Below are positions 60,556-64,000 of a stretch of 64,000 nucleotides of DNA, one piece after another. The stretch lies in contig NW_003314273.1 of assembly GCF_000143415.4 (NCBI RefSeq), positions 1,580,052 through 1,644,051 of the forward strand. Direction: 5' to 3'. Both the position numbers and the translations under genes were made by a program. The first letter of the stretch is position 1. Every line of letters starts with the position of its first letter. The notes under the pieces are model-generated. The model saw only the letters and a program-made list of their open reading frames with translations. It did not search any database and was not told the DNA's origin. This DNA is from Selaginella moellendorffii. Lineage: Eukaryota; Plantae; Lycopodiophyta.

Positions 60556-61355
60556 ATGATGGCAGACGAAGAAGGCGAGGAGGGCGAAAAGCCAGTGACT
60601 GTAAGGAGTCACTGTTTTAAGATGGATCTCAAAATTATGTTTGCAGCAATGGACCGGACCAATGATTGATTTTATTCCGCATGGCGAGGGCATAGCTACT
60701 TATCCAAACGGTGATACATACACCGGAGCATATGTACAGGGCACAAAGTCAGGACTGGGAAAGTACAGATGGGCTAAGGCAGGAATGTTTGATGGTGTTT
60801 ATGTGGACGATCAGAAGACTGGACCAGGCATATTGAAGTATCCTGACAATAGTATCTATGACGGTAAGGTTTACTCTAGTGAATGTTCTAGTATTTCTAT
60901 TTAATTCATACAGGCCAATGGTTAAATGATAAAAGACATGGAACTGGAATGTACACATATCCAAACGGAGATCTTTATAAAGGAGAATGGAAGGATGGTG
61001 TAAAGCATGGCATTGGAACTTACTACTTCAAAGACAGTATGAGCCAGGTCATTGAAAAATCCTTTGATCCCTTTTCCTTATTTCTTATTTCTTATAATTT
61101 TTGGTGCTCCTTATCAAAGACAACTCTTATTCAAATTTTTCTTTAATACAGTTCATAGGAACGTGGATGGCTGGAAGTTTAGCTAAAGGCCAGTGGGTTT
61201 ATCGTGATGGAACAACATATGAAGGAGATTTTGCAGATAACAAGCCCAAAGGAGAAGGGAAGTATCTTTTTCTTGGAACTAGGAACGTCCTTCATGGGAA
61301 TTGGATGGCTGGCGAATTTATATCTGGATCACTAATTTCAACATTGACTAATTGA
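60556..61355 (+). CDS. RSPH1: MORN-repeat radial spoke head protein (RSPH1/RSP10-like), 4 exons
   Basis: Exons ~60556-60600, 60648-60863, 60913-61047, 61152-61355. MORN repeats PHGEGIATYPNGDTYTG, YPDNSIYDGQW, RHGTGMYTYPNGDLYKGEW. ~200 aa. Confidence 0.78.
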
Positions 61356-61779
61356 CTTATTTAGCATGAGATTGTTGCTTGTAGTAAAGAAGGGTGGCAC
61401 TTCTTCAAAAGGAGAATACATAAGGAGAAAACAAACAAGAAATTGAAAACTAGGCAGCTCCTCTTCACATATTTTTCACTATCTTGATTATATGAATTTC
61501 CTGCCACTTACTTTTTCGCTGTAACATTTTTGATGACTGTTTCTCCTGATGCTTGAATCCCATCCCGTTCATAAAGGTATCGTCCTTGCTTTTCTCATTA
61601 GCTCTCGAGTATATAGCGCCGAAGGTAATCATCAGCTCTTTTTTTATGATGATCTAAGCTGGATACATATTGGACAGCTCGTCAGCTGGTGGAACCCATG
61701 GCAGGAATTGTCCTTCGCTTGTGCTTAATACAATGCTTAGAGCCTTTGAGAGGCTCTGCAAGTCAGTGTTTTTTCCCAG

Positions 61780-62222
61780 TACACTCAAAAGGGTGGCCAC
61801 AAGTCCTTGGGAGCCACAAAGAAACACAGGCAATTGCTAGAGCAGTTGCCCTAGGGCTGTTTGAAAATGAAGATACCTCAAACACCGGTTTTGGTCCCAT
61901 ATCCAAACAGGTTTCATGGCAAGAGAAGTACAACTTCCTCCATTCTTCTATTGTCAAGTGACATTTTGGAATTTTAAAGAGGCAATGGAAATTGCTAGCT
62001 CAAAAGGGATTCAGAGGACATCCAGGCATCCTTGCAAACAACATCATGGCTTGCTGCATGCTGCATGACTTGATCACAAGGAATGATAGGTTCATGGAAG
62101 ATTTTGACTCTGACAGATTTAACCATGATGCAGGGTACCTTCCACAAAGGTCTCTTCGTTCAGCTAAAGATAGCATAGCATTGCGAGACACTGTGGAAAA
62201 GTTTGTAGAGAGCTTAGAGTGA
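61780..62222 (+). pseudogene. PIF/Harbinger DDE transposase C-terminal remnant
   Basis: QEKYNFLHSS..VK*HFGILKRQWKLL...NIMACCMLHDLI matches the Harbinger FN..HS..R..IER.FG.LK.RW.IL...ACC.LHN pattern. Confidence 0.7.
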
Positions 62223-62384
62223 CAATACTATTGTACTTTATTTACTTAAGAGTGACAAAAACTATACATTTCAATGTTGATCCTGTGTCAATAGAGACAT
62301 ACCTTGTGGGATGACTCCTCGGCCATTGCTACTACACTGCTGATGCCATTGCCTCTCAACCTTTGTACTTAAGCTGTACTTTGA

Positions 62385-63839
62385 GGATCTAGTGGAGGAA
62401 TTTTTGCAAGGTAGAACTTTATATACTTATGCAAAGTTCAATTAAAGTATTCATTTGAGAAATTGAACAATGTCATATGTTGGGACCCAAAGGCACACTG
62501 AAGGTAGCATGGGTTAGCTAGGTCAACCAGGCCTAGGGAGCTACACTCGACGCCCCACAGGGATGTCGAATCTATAGATGTATACTAGGGCATGGTGAGT
62601 TGAGGGTTATAGAGACACTTATATCCCATTGTCATGGGCTCTTAGCTAGATTGGCTGATTTAGACACACTGTTAAGTGGGGGGATGTCCCAAGAGACATG
62701 GTCAACAAGTCATAGAATTAAAAAAGAGACATTTGATGTGGGTATTGAACTTTTTTTATAGATGGTGGAGTTGTAAGGAACCAACTCCCTAAGATGTCCT
62801 AAGCTAAAGAATCCCTGAAACCATGACCAAAATCATAAAAAGTTCATTGGATGAGACCAAGTTCGAGATCGAGCCCGAGACTGACTCTGAGACCAAGTTT
62901 GAGGCTGAGTCCAAGATCAAGTTTGAGACCGACTCTGAGACCGAGTTTGAGACTAAGTCCAAGATTTGAGATTGGGTCCAAAACTGAGTCCGAGTTTGGG
63001 TCCGAGACCAAGTGTGAGGCTGAGTCCAAGATTGAGACCGAGTCTGAGTACTAATATAGGTTGTGGGGTGAAAGCACAAAGTGTGTGTCTCTTGGGGGGG
63101 GAGGGGGGGTGCCGGCTGCAGGGGGTTCCAAAAGTATAGTGGGGATAGTGAGGTCTAGGAACCAGTCTTGAAGGAACTCTTCAGTGGTGCTTCCAAACTG
63201 ACTTGAGGTAGAGACTAGGGGCCTCGGGTGGGAGTGAGCATGGAGTCAGGTGGTGCTAGAGAGGCCACCCGAGGAAGTGCTCAAGAGCAGTTCCCACTCC
63301 CGAAAGGGAAACCAATTGCAATGCTTCTAGCTCATGTGAAGTGGTGCCCTACTTGAGTACCTTGTGGCTTATTGGTCCTCACTCTTTCCTAGGGGCTTGA
63401 GCCTTCTCTTTGGGATGGAAAAACAAAGGTACCCATACTGAGCCATTAAGCCATGGTGTTTCTTAGCGATGTCCTAAAGCAAGTGAGACACTTAAGGCTT
63501 GGGATTTAGAGGGTTCCATAATTAAGTTTTATTATACCAAGGGATGTTAAGAATCTGGAGACTTGGTGTGCTTTGCTACTTATGTCTGTGGGGAGTGTAG
63601 TTGAACCTTAAGTCCAATTTAACTTGGGGAGGGGGATTGGGAGAGAATTTAGGAATTCATGGATAGATGGCTAATGCTTTATTACTCATGTAGTGAGTAG
63701 CTGAAACTAAGTAGGACCAAATAGAAGATAGTACAATAGAAAGGAATCATGGCAAGGGAACTTAACTAAGGCTAAAGTAGTGGTGGTCAGATAGATGAGG
63801 TAAGCTAACAAATTAGAAAGGAAAAACTTGTGGCTTATA
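62385..63839 (+). mobile_element. Family-A 3' remnant: chromodomain tail, 3'UTR, PPT and LTR (62772-63839)
   Basis: CTAGTGGAGGAATTTTTGCAAG, PPT GATGGTGGAGT, LTR TGTAAGGAACC...GTGGCTTATA; CpG-depleted relative to A2/A3. Confidence 0.88.
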
Positions 63840-64000
63840 GAGGTGATTTCTACAATGAGCTTGCTTGATCACTAATAGTGTCCTAGCTTCTCACTGTCCA
63901 TCAAAGAGCCCAACAAAGCCTTCCTTTCAGTGATTTAGATTTTGTTGTTGGCAGCTCTTCCCTTTAGCATCCCTCCTTGGGGCAATCAGAAGTTGAGGCC

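Overview
Eukaryotic land-plant DNA. Three cilium genes, ~50-nt introns and a TatI-type retroelement point to a flagellate-sperm plant, most plausibly Selaginella (inference). Bases 1-50,000 are a nested transposon pile. It holds three copies of a chromodomain Ty3/Gypsy family ('A', LTR TGTAAG...CTTACA, tRNA-iMet PBS), a solo LTR, a Tat-type Gypsy with an extra RNase H ('B'), a young gag-only LTR element with accessory ORFs ('C'), a 10.7-kb TIR DNA transposon ('D'), a second Gypsy family ('E') and a decayed LINE. Bases 51,400-61,400 are a compact cluster of motile-cilium genes (CCDC39, WDR35/IFT121, RSPH1/RSP10-like), followed by a Harbinger remnant and another family-A LTR. Two candidate new systems stand out. 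(1) Element D encodes a ParB-like (GQH motif) region plus an FCP1/HAD-like region and carries ~25 copies of a 22-bp palindrome ATGGCRTGWGGCCWCAYGCCAT, seven of them inside its own introns. (2) Family A carries tiny spliceosomal introns. Two must be spliced to restore the integrase, one would terminate Gag, and one spans the LTR end and PBS, so that spliced mRNA could not be reverse transcribed. All domain calls are by-eye motif recognition; no searches were run.
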